This document shows positions 1 to 13,264 of a DNA stretch of 64,000 bases, one piece after another. The DNA is from Catajapyx aquilonaris (Eukaryota), in assembly GCA_000934665.2 (NCBI GenBank), contig KZ538044.1, forward strand, positions 62,001 through 126,000, read 5' to 3'. Made by a program: the position numbers and the translations under genes. Each line of letters opens with the position of its first letter. The first letter of the stretch is position 1. The notes beneath the pieces were generated by a model that saw only the letters and a program-made list of their open reading frames with translations, was not told the origin of the DNA and did no database searches.

Positions 1-1751
1 CAATTAAACTCGGGCAAAACCCCGCTGTTTTTTCTAGGATAGAAAATAATGCTGCTAAAGCGCAGAGAGTGCGCTCTGATGATGCAACGCAGTTGTTTGA
101 GTTGATGCAAATGCGCAGCAGTTCTCAAGTTTCATTAATTAATAGGCTCAGGCCCGTGTGACCCTTTAGAACCAGATAATTGCTGGAAACTTGTAAATTA
201 ATTATGCAGCTTGCTTGCAAAGGAAGGATTTATTGCAACAAGATTTTGCAGGTTAAGTAATTTCTGAGGGATGGAGTAATTGCAGTGTTAGCGGTTGGTG
301 GTAGTAGTAATTGTAGTAATTGTGCAATCATTAATCGATTGGAGGAGTTTCATTCATAGCTTTTGTGCCTGTATATGTGCAGTTAATTTAAACATACAGT
401 ACTGTTATGTTTAAAATATCATCAACCCATTCAATGTTCACAGATAATTTCGACACTTCAGTGCCAGTTCTCTATACCGCATATATGTCTCACGACATTT
501 TTGCAGTCTTCTTTGGCCCTTCTTGTGTATTCTACAGCATCCAATATTCTATTTGCATTCTATAGCCAACCCAGAACTGTATCGTAACCGGCATATATTT
601 TTCACTATCCAAGTCACATAGAAATGAAAGGTATCCATCAAATCCCGCCCTTTGCAAGCCCATGCATTGGCCACTAAATCAGTCCTCTACTCCCTGTGCC
701 TGTTGACCGTATGATTAGTTGATGATCTATTTGCCGGAAAAAAGTAAGCGGCTCTTCCATTGCTCATATTATAGGGGGCTCTGATTTATGCTGGTCACAG
801 CGTGGTGAATCTTTCATGAAAGTGGCAACAGTGGCGTGCACCGGAACGAGTCATCGACGTCACGCAACATTTCCCTGCTGTGCAAAATTGGGGGTGGCCT
901 CTAGAGCACAATCTCCGCGCATGTAAATAATCGAGGTAATAGTACCTAATGGTCGAAGGTGTCCGATGTTGGAGCCTGTATAGTAGAGGGGGGCACGAGT
1001 GACGCAATAAGCATATCTGAATTGGGGGTACCCATGTTCACATAATTATCTTGTGTATCTCGGGGCCCAGATTTTCATGGCGCCGTTTGTGTGTGCATTG
1101 CTAAAAATATGGCCTCGTCACGTAGTAAATAGTTACCACAACATTGCTCATTCTGTCGTGCGGGGAGTGTGAGGTCTGCTTCAATTATGTATATGTCCAG
1201 GTATTTCACAAATGGTGTCTTGCTGCATGGTGCATCATTTGATGTGATGGGGAGGGTTTTTTTTTAAACAGTGGTTAAGTGGTTGTTCATGGAAATGTGT
1301 CATTTGATAATTGCGTACCAAATAAGATGTCACTTTTGTAACACCAATGGACATGCCTTGCAATTATAATAATATGTGGTGCGCCATACATAGACAGTGA
1401 TGAGGCTTTCATTGTGTGACAACTGCATTTTTAAAACCAAAAACTACACCAAATCAGTGCAACTGACTGCCATCGCAGTAACAAAGTTCCATGATTGACA
1501 ACTGGAAAAATAAAGCTCGCTAACGATTTTCAAAGTGCAACTCCAGTCATATCAAAAAGTAGCCCAAAATCGCAATGGGAATTTTGGACGCAAACTAATA
1601 TTGGTTGGTGAAACTCATTCCAAGTTTGGAACCAATTAGAGGCAACAGTAATGGGTCTCCAGTTTGCAGTAAGAAAGATTGACAACCAGTTGCAGGCTGG
1701 GAAATTGAAACTGATGGCCTTCTTTCTCTCCTCCTTCTCTGGCAGGTTACC

Positions 1752-1889
1752 ATGACAAGAGGAACGGTGGGTGTGTCCAGCATAGGGCCCTGGAGGACGC
1801 TGCTGCTTCTCTTTGTCTTCATGCCACCTACTTTAGCCCTTTGCCCTGCCAAATGCACTTGCTCCTTGAATGGACGTGGACTCAAGCAG
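1752..1889 (+). CDS. LRR-TM gene coding exon 1 (signal peptide, start of LRRNT)
   Basis: ATG at 1752; ends CAG|gtaaat, phase 0; encodes MTRG...LCPAKCTCSLNGRGLKQ. Confidence 0.85.
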
Positions 1890-4800
1890 GTAAATAAAAC
1901 CACTGCACGTGAGGCAAAGCAGAAAAGGGAGGGCAACTGAAGAACGCAAAAGTGAAGAAAGTGCAGTGTTGTAATTAGGCACAAGGCACTACAATAATTC
2001 CCCAGTGTGAAATATGTGAAGTGTGATAATAAGACTGGTTCAGTAATTTTTCTGATATTTTCCCATCCATATAGCTCATGAAATAACTTGTGGCATGTTA
2101 TTCCCTCGAACAGAGATTAACAGTGGCGCAATTTCAACTGGGTGATATTTTGTAATGATTTGCATTGTAGTAATTCATGCAGCATAATTTGCTGGTCTTT
2201 CATTTACGTGAATTACTGAAGGAAGTACCGCAAGATATTGTACAGTATTCTAAGGAGCTTTAAGAAGCTCCTAATGGCTGGTAAGTAGGGAAGACCACAA
2301 TAATGCCATCATTAATGTAGGATGTCACCATCCACTGCGCTGTCACGCATCAATGCATCTTAAAAGGTGTCGCTCGGTTTCACTTTACCAGTTTACCCCT
2401 AATGAACTTGGGAAAATTAGTTCTTCAGTGTATTTGATAAAGAAGGGATGTAAACCTGTTTTAATAGCTGCATTAAAACTTCATCATTCTGCAAACAATG
2501 AGACGCAGATGACACGTAAATAACATGCTCAGCTGACTTGAATCCCAAACCCACGTGCAATTCTCGATTAATCACCCTCATAATGACTTTTCCATCCAGA
2601 CATTAGCAAACGTTCAACTAAAAAATTTTAAAATCCCACAAACTTTGTGTTCGCTCAAAAGTGCCGTTGGCATCGTCCAGAGAAATCATTGTTGGCAAAA
2701 TGGGTGTCTTCATTTCCCTTGGAAGCCATGAAACCACAGCCAGGCCATTTTTGCATGTTTACGGATATAATTAACGTGGTTATTGCGTTGTGCAGGGCCA
2801 CACGGGCGCAGTGTTTGGCAATCAATTCCCTAATCCCTCGTTGGCATTTTTTTCCACCTCTTTTTTGACCGTACAAGCTCTGCGGATGAACAGTACAAAA
2901 GAGTGAGCACTGTTTCACACGCTTTTCCGCGAAATAAACGTATCAAGAGGATTAGAATTATTTTGGACGTATATGGAAGAGACGTGTGGTAATAGCAACG
3001 ACATGTATGCGCACACGGACTTTTTTTTTCAACCACAGATATTGTGCTGGTCGAGATTTGAAAGCGGTACGACCCGAGGGCGTTGCGTGCGGAGAAACAA
3101 AGCGTTGGTTATTGCAAGCTCTGTGTTTATATTGCTCTATACAAGGCTCATAAATTGGTTTTATGAGGGCTTTTCTCTTGCTGCAGTTCTACACGGCACA
3201 GCTCGTACCACGAAAAAAGCGTCTTGACAAACTGACTTACGCAGTGCTTCAGGGTAGCATAATGGGGTCTAATCTGGATCTGAATTAATATTTGCACAGG
3301 GAGAAAGTACCTTGTTCATATCTACACATGAAATATTATAGAAGAAATAGTGGTCTCATATTATCAGTGATTGAATTTTAACTTTGTCGGGTTGCATCAA
3401 GCTATAGGATGAACGAATCGGAGTCAGCCTGGCTGAACCTTGTTAATAATTATCTACACATGAGTACATTTTCACTCCGATTTTACTTTTTAATCTCTAA
3501 TGGTCTCAACACTATCCGTGATTGAATCACCTTTGGCAACGGACCCGCCCTTCTTACCTCTCACTCACAGAAATCTCGACAAGGTATGAAATAACCTCTT
3601 TGTGACGAGTGGTGCATAGCCCCTCCCACCATCCAGTAAAATCCAAAAGCATGACTGTTTCTGGCATTGCGGTCCCTTTTTTCCGCCGCATTTGGGTAAT
3701 GATATGCTCTTGCATGTAAAAGACTGACAAATGGAAGTCGTGCAGCAGCAACTGAAGTCGTTTTGGTTCCAGACCGTCAGATACATCCGCTGTTGTTGGC
3801 ACAGACGGATTGCACCGCCATTTAATAACTCTGGGGACGCCCATTTCAACCTGTGTCAAGATGGTTGTCATTTACGTAGTCATCGAGACCTAGTTTTCTC
3901 CCCTTGACAACAACTAGATATATCGCAATTGGAGCATAAAGAGGACCACGTGGTGGGACTAAACAGGGGGCTAGAATCCCATTAAATTATCTCTGAATAT
4001 ACTTTAGACGTGCGAGACGAAATGATGTTTGGGTGTGGCGAGCACTTTTCGCCCCGCCATTGTGTCAACTGTCAAGTCTCGCCATTTATTTCCCTGTGTA
4101 CTTTTTTGGTGGGAACGAGCTTTGCCTCTCGGCTCGCTCGTTTTTCGAGCTGCGGGCTTTTGATGCAGGAGAAGAGGCCTGAAAAGTGAAGTACAGTCGT
4201 TGTGGAAGTTTTATAACACTCTTCCGACCTAGGGATGGCGATTAAAAAACACAGAGCAAACAGGGAGGTTGTAACGTTCGGGGCCTACAGCCTTTCAAAA
4301 TCGGTATTAACCTAATCACACCCTAAAATATTAGAGGTTAGGCCTAGGTCGCCTGTAACTGAATTGGTGCCCTAGATACGGTTCAAGTGCTCAGTTCTGA
4401 TTCCACTGTTGCACTTTTATAGCTTTATTGGCATTGTAACTTATATGGTAGGAAATTGTGAGTAATGTTCCGACTTGGAGACTGAAAAAGTGCTAATTTC
4501 CTTCCATACCAAAGTCGGAACGTAATATCAAAAAATGTAACTATTTTTCTCAATTTTAAAACTGTATAGAAAATATCAGTATTCGTCACGCAAACCGACC
4601 TAGACAACATCCGATATATAAACCACTTTCCTCGTCGAGATTGCCTAGTTATGTCCTTTTTTTCCTCCTTCGAGATCATATGACCTCTCTGCGGAAGGAC
4701 CTCCCAGGGCGAACCCAGGTCATTAGTGGCGGCGAGAAGGCGCGTGATCGAACGCTACGCTTCTGGAAACTGATCCCATCATTTTTCCTTACGTCTCTCG

Positions 4801-7800
4801 GGGTCTTTATTTCCTATCACGAGCTGCGTGTCTTGGGAATACAGCAGCACCGTCCGCAGCACACTGAAATATCACGGGGGATAATGGCTGCGGTACTAGC
4901 CACTAACTCTTGCCTGACATGTACATTGACGTGAGCATACGTGAAAATCGTGGGGCTATGCTTCATTTGGATGGACCCCTACCCATGCTCTATACAACTC
5001 TGCTCTGTGTGTTGCTGGGGTGGTGGAAAACAGGCGATGTTGTTAGTAGTGCCGCATCCAACTAAACATGATGCTGGTGCTGCGCACTCACTAAAAGGAG
5101 AGATGCATCGTGAATAATTGAAGCAACAGCTCAACTGAGTGGAAAACCTACCAGATAGAGTGTTGGGATGGTTGATTACTCGGGGCTCTTTGTGCGGAAG
5201 GTGATTTCAACTGTGTGCCTTTATGGCCGGCGGTGGGGATACACCGCACATGTTGCTGCAACATTATGCAATTTTCGCAATTCGTCAAGTACCAACTCTG
5301 TTACTAGCTGGAAAACAATTATAACACGCTTACAGTCGACTCGTGATGGTTTAACCAGGTTTAGCTGAGGCATGAAGATCAAAGACCTTCTGGCAATGTT
5401 TCTATACAAAAGGAGCTGAAAGCACTTCTACAACAAAATTGAATCTAATTATTATTATTAATATTAATAAAATGCAACATTCTCTTTCCCAGGTGGTGTG
5501 CACAAAAGGAGGTATGATGGACCCAATCCCCATAGTCCACATGGACCTGGACACGGAGGTTATCGTGATATCTGCTCCGGTCCACCGTCCCAACGACCTC
5601 ACCATCGGGCCTATATTCCAGCAGTTCCAGAAGCTAGAGGAGTTGCACATAGTTCACTCAAACGTGCCGGCCATTGGGACCCACTCATTTTGGGGGGTCC
5701 AGACCCTCAGAGTGCTCAACCTCACCCACAACAACGTAACTCAGCTTCTAGATGCTAACTTCAGGGGGTAAGTTCATTCATCGTGCCTCAGGAAATGACA
5801 CGGCATGCCACGTCTTAATTATTAATGAACATTTCTGGACGTGTGGCACTTCTGAGGGCAAGGTTATCAATTGCATGGGTATCGATTCCTTACGTGCCAT
5901 TAATCACTTGCGAGGGACATATATTATTCCGTTTTATCTCCGGACGTGTAACGTGATGGTTTGGGGTTTGACCTCTGACCTCCCGCAGTCTGGTTCAGCT
6001 GGAGGAACTCAGGCTGGACGACAACCGGATAGATTCGATGCCCAGTGCGACCTTCAAGTTCCTGACTGCCCTCCGGATCCTGACCCTGGCCCGGAACCAC
6101 ATCGAAGAATTGGTTCCCAGGCCTTTCTTCGCCCTGCATCGCCTCGAGCACCTTGACCTCTCCGGGAACCCTCTCCGGGAGCTCAACCCGGAGGTCTTCA
6201 AGGATATACGCACACTCAGGACATTCCGTTGCCAAAAGTGTCGCCTTTCTTCAGTCAACGCACTTGTGTACAGGTCAGCCTAAAATCATCTCCCAACTCT
6301 CTGCCAAGTTTATTTTAAAATTGATGAAAATCGCGAAGAACTTTGAATTTTTTTGGCAGTGTGCCATGGGTATTGCTGCCAAAAATATAGCAATTGGCCG
6401 CATTGGGGTCAGCCAACACTTCCTATACGCTACTGGCCTTTCAGTGTGCATCCACACTGCCCGTCGGGCCAGTTCATTATAAAGTTATACTGTATTTTTT
6501 GGACGGGATTCAATTTTAAAATACGGCATATTTGAGTGAAATTATTAACTCTGGATTCATATCGTCCCAGAGGGCAGCCCTCAGGCAAATATTGAGCTTC
6601 TAAACCACTGGGGAAAAAATCAGGGCAATACTGAATCCTGTACCGTATACATTTGGTTTTAATTACCTGGATAAGCAAAAGTATATACGGGCCAATTAAT
6701 AGCCATTATTAATAGTCCGTTTATGATTCAAAAGGTCATTTTCAGATATAGAATTGACCCGCATATGAAGGTTTTATCTTTCCAGCTGGCGATAACAGCT
6801 TGCAATAGTGTGCGATACATTACTTGCCAATGCATGACCCATCGACCCACATATTTTGCATAAATCTAGCATATTGTTATAAGTTTCCATTTTGCCGTCA
6901 CCATACATGGCATACCAATTAACTCCCCCGCTCCATAAAGAAGTGCGCCTTTTTATTACACCGATTTTTACATAATGCGATATTGAGAACCACATGGGCG
7001 AGACCGCTAATTCGGCCCTGTAATTATGTTAACTGCCGTCCAACATGTTGGCACTAATGTTTTAGGGATTAACCGAGGTAAATAGGTGTTTGAGGGCCAA
7101 TTGGGGGGCAATAAGTTTTTATTAACGACTCCGTCACATGCAACAGAGATATATCAGCAGGACCTATTTTTCCCCCCCTCCGGATCTGGTTGTATCTGCC
7201 TGCATCAGGATGCAAATGCATTGTAGAGCGGAAGTTAATAGTGTATAGCTGTTTTATAGTGAGGCCCAAATTTTCAACCTGGGATCTACTAGCTCACCAG
7301 GACCCTCGATTAATACAAATTAGATTTCCACGCTTGGTTTGAAACTAATGCGTATAATTGGTTGTGGAATTTTAATCAATTGCCTCGCTGCATAATTGAT
7401 TTAAACTTGCTCTCCTGATTAGCAGCTACTCATTTTTTCACTCATTTTATGCTCCTGGTGCTGGATGAATATATCGGGTATTTAGAAAAATGATGGAAAA
7501 CACACTAATTATAGCGAGCCCGTATAGTCGTGTCCAAAGCGGTCGTATTGGGAGTCCAACAGTGATTTGGGACATCAGGACGTGCTCAAATATTTGTCCG
7601 GTGATTATCATTCTGGTGATAAAATTTGTCGCAAATTTGATCCAAAATGTCGTGGCAACATCATTTCCTATAGTGGTTTGAATGAATTTCTTTGAATTTA
7701 AAATGTGTAACATTTGGCTACTGTTTTGTCCACATACTAACAAAATTATGTCGCTAAATATATATTTCATCCACTTTTAATATATTTAAATATTACACTC

Positions 7801-10800
7801 ATATCACGCTATTGTCCGCCTATTGTCTATTGTATTGGCCTGACACATTGTTGGTACCACTGCTTAATAATTTAACAGCGATTGCTATGACTTATTGCGC
7901 AATCGGGGTGTCAAATTGATACGGACAAAATGATCAAGGGTCCTGTTGTATCAGTAATTTGCAATGGCTGATCAGTGGCTGGTTAAACACATATATGGGC
8001 AAGACGCTTTCCGGCGTTATCAGGCTAACTGGACGTATCTAATGAACATAACGGAGGGTAGTTTGTTTCTGGCCGCGATAAAAAGGAAATCGAAGAGCAA
8101 TTCCCATTATGCGGTGGCTACAAGGGCCCATTGAATCTCTCCCTTTGATCGATTTATGCTTTTGTTCGCAACTGAGAATGGAAAGCGCAGGAGGTGTGGC
8201 TCCGAATTATCTCGTTCACCTTCCAAGTGGATAACAGAAAATAAGGGAAGAATTATTATCATTACTTCCAACGAAAAATGACTTGAATTATTGACATTTA
8301 TGGGAAAGCTTGGAGGGGTTATCAGTGTACTTTTGGAATGAGATTTCCAGACTGATAAGGTAAATATAGGTTTCTCACAGAGCCACAGTTATGCTGATTC
8401 GTAATATACACTGTAAGTAAGACTTTGCCTTGTAATAACAAGCATATTATTTTGGAACTTTCTTGCAGCAGTTATGAAGTAATAAATTGTAGGTGCCAGA
8501 GCCCATCACCCAGACCGATGATGAGGGGCACTTTTGGTGGCACGTTTTCTGAAGCATATTGTTGCCAACTCGTGCCAAAAGAATTGCCAAATTGGGAAAT
8601 AACCAACATTACAGGGCTTCTTGGCCTGTGCGTGTGAACCCGGGCGAGCAGGAATGTGCACGATGAGCCAGCTCTAGCACGCCTTTAGCACGACTGGTCA
8701 GCGGAATCACCCACCCAGAGCACAATTTTCTGGCTCGATATTTCTCCAATACAGGAAGGCCGTATTATGCGATATTTTACCTGCGTTGCAGGAATTGCTG
8801 TGGGTCAAAAAAAAGCGCTATGGTGTAAAAAAATATCTGCACAACCGGAACTCGTATTATGCGGCTGCAAAACTATGCACAAGCATTTTCGTACATTCCG
8901 TAATAATGAAAATTACAGCATACTCTTAAGGCCACTGAATACTTGCTTTTGGCATCACTGGATGTTTGGTGCTAAATTGTGTTTTTTAAACACCACAGAT
9001 ATCCCAATAACGAGGCTCACGTATTTATTTGTTTCAAATGAATGTGAAGTCAAATGTGTAAAATTGTGGTTTAGCATGCTTTTGCTAATTTTGTGGTGAT
9101 GAACTTTTGACCAAATTAGTACTGAAAAAACTAGCAACTTCAATGAACAATGAGGTCAAGTATACAGTATTTTGTAACCTAATTGTACATTATAGTTACG
9201 GCTTTTTTGCTAACGAAGGCAGAATCGAGCACCCTTCTTCACATTCCTTTGTGCACGTTTCCTTTGGTGGGTGACGAGATGCAATACCCACAAGAGGACT
9301 GACACCCCCACTTTAAAAACCTATTTTCCTCTCCGCCCTCCTCCAGCCTGATACCCGAGCTGCAGCTCCTCGACCTCCGCGACAACGAGTTCAAGTACTT
9401 GGGCGCTGGGGAGTTCCGCGACCTGGTCCGACTAAAGCACCTCCACCTGGATGGGAACCGTTTGTCGGTGATCCTGGAGCACTCCTTCAGCACCCACCAC
9501 CTGGAGGCCCTGAGCCTGTCCCGAAACCGCCTGGCCAAGCTCCCTGCCCTGGCCTTCGCCAACCTGACCGTCAGCCACCTTGACCTGAGTCAAAACAAGT
9601 TGACCGCCCTGGAGCCGGCCACCTTCCAGCACGTGGCCCCAACTCTCCGGGTGCTCAAGCTCTCCTCTAATGCCATACCGATGGCCGACTTGCACCCGGC
9701 CATGCACCAGCTACACGTACTCCACCAGCTCCATCTGGCCAACATGGGTCTCCTGGAGCTGCCGGGTGACCTCTTCATGTCCAATGGCAACCTGACGCAC
9801 CTCAACATGTCCTCCAACTACCTGGTGGCCTTCCAGCCGCAGTTGCTAACTCCCCTGCCGGGACTCAAGATGCTGGACTTGTCCAGGAACCAGTTCAGGG
9901 GGCTGGACGAGGCTCTGCTGGACAAGTTCGACAGGCTCAGGAGTCTGAGGGCGCTCTACCTGTCCAACAACCCGTGGTCGTGTGACCTGTGCCATATTAC
10001 GCCCATGATGTCCTGGATCAACCGGAGTCGAGCCTTCAAGTTCGCCTGCACAGAGAATGGCGGCAATGAAAAGTAAGGAGCCTGAATTTTTCATGCACTT
10101 GCAACCGCGACATGTGAGATGGTATAATGAACCATTTGATTAATGATAATTATCTTAGTAACGAGGCTGTGGAGCCCAAATGGCACTTGTGTACGTAAAG
10201 TGATCCTCTGATAGTGCCCAAGAGTTCGCCGTGAAAGTTTATCTCACTGCAAAACAACCTGTGCGTAAATAGGAAATTGTTTATTAAAAGTACTACACGG
10301 TATATCATAAAATCAGGAGTTGAGGTAGGTTATTGGGACACACAGATTGCAACAATGGATCGATGCATCGATCAAGATAGTCAATGCGGCGGACTGATAT
10401 TACTTAATATCGGACAGCAAAGGGCTGAAAGGCCTCATGAAGCAGAGTTAAAAGGTCACTAAGTTGAAAACTCAATTTCGAGCCAAATGTCGACACCATT
10501 TGCCCCTAGGAGTGGAATTTAACTTCAGTTAGCACTTAGCCTACCTCCATAAAACCAGGCCTCACCCCGTTATACTACTATATAATCTTGTTGGATTAGG
10601 ATCATATTAGTAGCAAAACTAAAGGCCTATTCAGCGTCATTCCCAAATGCACGCCATCGTAGTCTTAAATGGAAAGTAGACCATTCACAAGTATACCAGG
10701 TCACCGCTGATGCATAACCCTCCGACCCGTCGCTGCGCAGTGGAAAATAAATGATTCATTAATTCATATTTCCCTTCAAAGTGGGTCTCCAGGGTCGTTT

Positions 10801-11410
10801 GTCACCCGCCACGTCCAAAATAGAGCCACATTCGGGAAGGCTCATCGCACAGCCCTACAGACCCACAAACATAACCAGAATCTCTCTTATTCTTATGTCA
10901 AGATACTGCCTCCGGTGTGCCAGCCCATTCTCGCTGATGGGTCGTCCTCTGACGTCGGTGGACCCGGACCAGTTGAGTTGGTGCGGCGAAGAGAACGCTG
11001 CGCCGAACATCCTTCCTGACAGCTCGCAACTGGGGCTGGTGGTGGCCTGCGCCATAGCGGTCCTCCTCCTGCTGACCGTGCTGGCTCTGGTGGTGCTGCA
11101 CAACCGACATGCCGCGCAGTACTACACCCACGAAGAGCAGCGACGGGGGGAGGCCTCGGGACCAGGGGCGGCCCCGATCCTACAAGAAGGGGTGTTCGAG
11201 AACCCGGGTGTGCTGGACGAAAACGGTGACATCCGATTCGCAGGAGACAAGCTCCTGGCCAGCATCGCCACCATCGACGAGATCACCAAAGACACTGACC
11301 TGAAGGTCAAGCAGGGGCCACCCCCGCCCCCGCCCCCGCCCACCCTCCATTCCTTCTCCTGCCCCAGGGCCCAATACAACGGCCGACCAGCTAATGTCAA
11401 CGGCACCTGA
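1752..11410 (+). CDS. Single-pass leucine-rich-repeat transmembrane protein (signal peptide, LRRNT, ~15 LRRs, LRRCT, TM, cytoplasmic tail), 643 aa; join(1752..1889,5493..5767,5989..6273,9347..10072,10903..11410)
   Basis: All four introns are GT..AG and phases match (0,2,2,2); the 1932 nt total gives 643 aa plus TGA. Features: hydrophobic leader (WRTLLLLFVFMPPTLA), LRRNT CPAKCTC, repeated LxxLxLxxNxL, LRRCT NNPWSCDLC..C..CLRC..C, TM LGLVVACAIAVLLLLTVLALVVL. A pyrimidine tract plus AG at 1744-1745 implies an upstream non-coding exon. The exact orthologue is not certain, so no symbol is given. Confidence 0.93.
5493..5767 (+). CDS. LRR-TM gene coding exon 2
   Basis: tctctttcccag|GTG ... GG|gtaagt; encodes VVCTKGG...LRVLNLTHNNVTQLLDANFR. 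Confidence 0.92.
5989..6273 (+). CDS. LRR-TM gene coding exon 3
   Basis: ctcccgcag|T ... AG|gtcagc; encodes LEELRLDDNRI, LRILTLARNHI, LEHLDLSGNPL. Confidence 0.92.
9347..10072 (+). CDS. LRR-TM gene coding exon 4 (LRR array and start of LRRCT)
   Basis: ctcctccag|C ... AA|gtaagg; about nine LRRs ending in NNPWSCDLC. Confidence 0.95.
10903..11410 (+). CDS. LRR-TM gene coding exon 5 (end of LRRCT, TM helix, cytoplasmic tail)
   Basis: ttatgtcaag|A; encodes YCLRCASP, the TM helix, YYTHEE and a poly-Pro run; ends in tandem stops TGA TGA. Confidence 0.92.
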
Positions 11411-13264
11411 TGAGATCCGTACCCGGGGGAGCTCCGGACACAGCTCTAAACACAAGTGGCAGTCATATCTGAACCCGAGAAACGAGCAGCAAAAACCGGA
11501 AAATGCATTTACCCAGCAACAAACCACACTTCATGTCTTCACTTTTCTACTTTGTTAATTTCTTTGCCAGCTCGGGACGGCCCATACCCACTTTTTTAAA
11601 CCTGAATGTGCTTGCAGACCGGTAGCCGCAACATCTCTCATATTAAAACTAGTATACAGATATTCCCCTGTTTGCAGGGGAAATGCGGCGTTGGGTTTGT
11701 CCCGACCACAGTACACCTGGAACTGTGAAAGTTGCCAAATATTCCGAGGACCAGTTATTTATCCAGGCTGGAAATGTTTGAAAAACATGTAGCATACGAG
11801 CCATCGAAGTTTCTTCTAGTCCTGCGAGTATAGGATATTTCTTCGTGCGTTGTGGTTTCTATCAACGTTCCTTTTTACACACCTGCAACTTAACATCAGT
11901 TTTCTTAATTTTTTGGCACAAGTAATTATTATGATTTTTATACTGCCGAAAGAAGTAATCAAACAAGACCCTCTGATGTCTACCACATAGGTCATTGTTG
12001 TACTTAGTATTTCTTACCATCATATTGTACAGTAGCCGTCATTCATATAATGTACATAGAGCATTTCCTGTACAGTAGGCTTTAGCGTTAGCAACGAAAA
12101 ATCTACTCGCTGGGATGTAGATATAACCGACTTGTGAGCGTGCACTTGTCCCAAGTGTGTTCCGACACTAGTGTAGACACTTGACTCAGTTATGAAGTGT
12201 GATGGTGCAGTGGAAAAAGTGTGTGGGCAAAAAAAAAGTAGGATGAAAAAAAAATTGTACAAGAACTTCAGTGTCCTCATAAAATAGGAGGGAAAGTTTT
12301 CGCAAGGCAACAGCTGTGTTTCAGGAGGATCGATTCCCGTTTGCTGAGATTTCAATAGTGTCCGCAGATGCATCGTACAACGTTCAAATCCTGGGACACA
12401 GACAATACTGGTGGCAACGCGGCACGTACAAACTTTTAGTGTCCTGATAACACATAGTAATGAGGAATTAAAGCTGGATTGGTCCTCTTATGCGCGAAAT
12501 CGATCGTATATTTTGAAATGATTACTCCGCATTGGCTGGTGGCACACGTATATATAATGATGCACCCTCGTCCAATGTGTGGAACACACACACCATTCAG
12601 GAGAGAATTCTACAGGTTTTTATTCCTCACTTTATGTAATGAAGTGTGGGATACATTCACGAGCCTGCGGGACCATAACTCGCACCATAATGACCTACCC
12701 TTGCGCATATTAAGTTCCACCCAAAGTATCGCGAAGAAAGCTAACTACGAACGTGAAGTCTTGAAATTAACGTCCGGGACTGCACATCCTTTCTGGGAAA
12801 ATGGCCTAGTTTGGCACAAAAAAATGGCGTTTATTGGCGGGAAATGTGCTTCAGCCGTTGTCATGCTGAAAAACCTCTGAAACATGGCTATGCCCGCAGT
12901 TTTATTTTTCATTTGTATTTTTTTTTGCTGAGAAAAAATTATTCCAAAGTGTTATTGTTTCACAAAATATTCATATCAGATGGAGCTGGATGGTTGCATA
13001 ATGAAAATTGTGATAGATGCGAATATTTTTGTCTGATTTTTCCATCCAGTCAAAAATATGCTGTGGGTTTGGAAACCAGCATGGAGAAAGGAAAAAAAAC
13101 GAGAGTGGCACAGTACAGAAGCACTTTATTGTAAGAATATTTATGACAAATAAAATTCCTATTTTCGAAAGTGGTCTTCTCTGACACTAAATCGAATTGA
13201 AGTGAGTCCCCAATCTGAACTGGGGAGATGAAACTTTCCCTATAAATCCAAAGTCTTTACCTTT

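Noticed and set aside
11408..11413. Stop-codon readthrough of the LRR gene
   Set aside because: The stop is a tandem TGA TGA, which argues against readthrough.
5924..11527. Several minus-strand ORFs overlapping the LRR exons
   Set aside because: Shadow ORFs caused by the high GC3 of the true plus-strand exons; they have no independent gene signals.
11663..11682. Hairpin TTCCCCTG-tttg-CAGGGGAA in the LRR 3'UTR
   Set aside because: An 8-bp stem alone is expected by chance and matches no known element.
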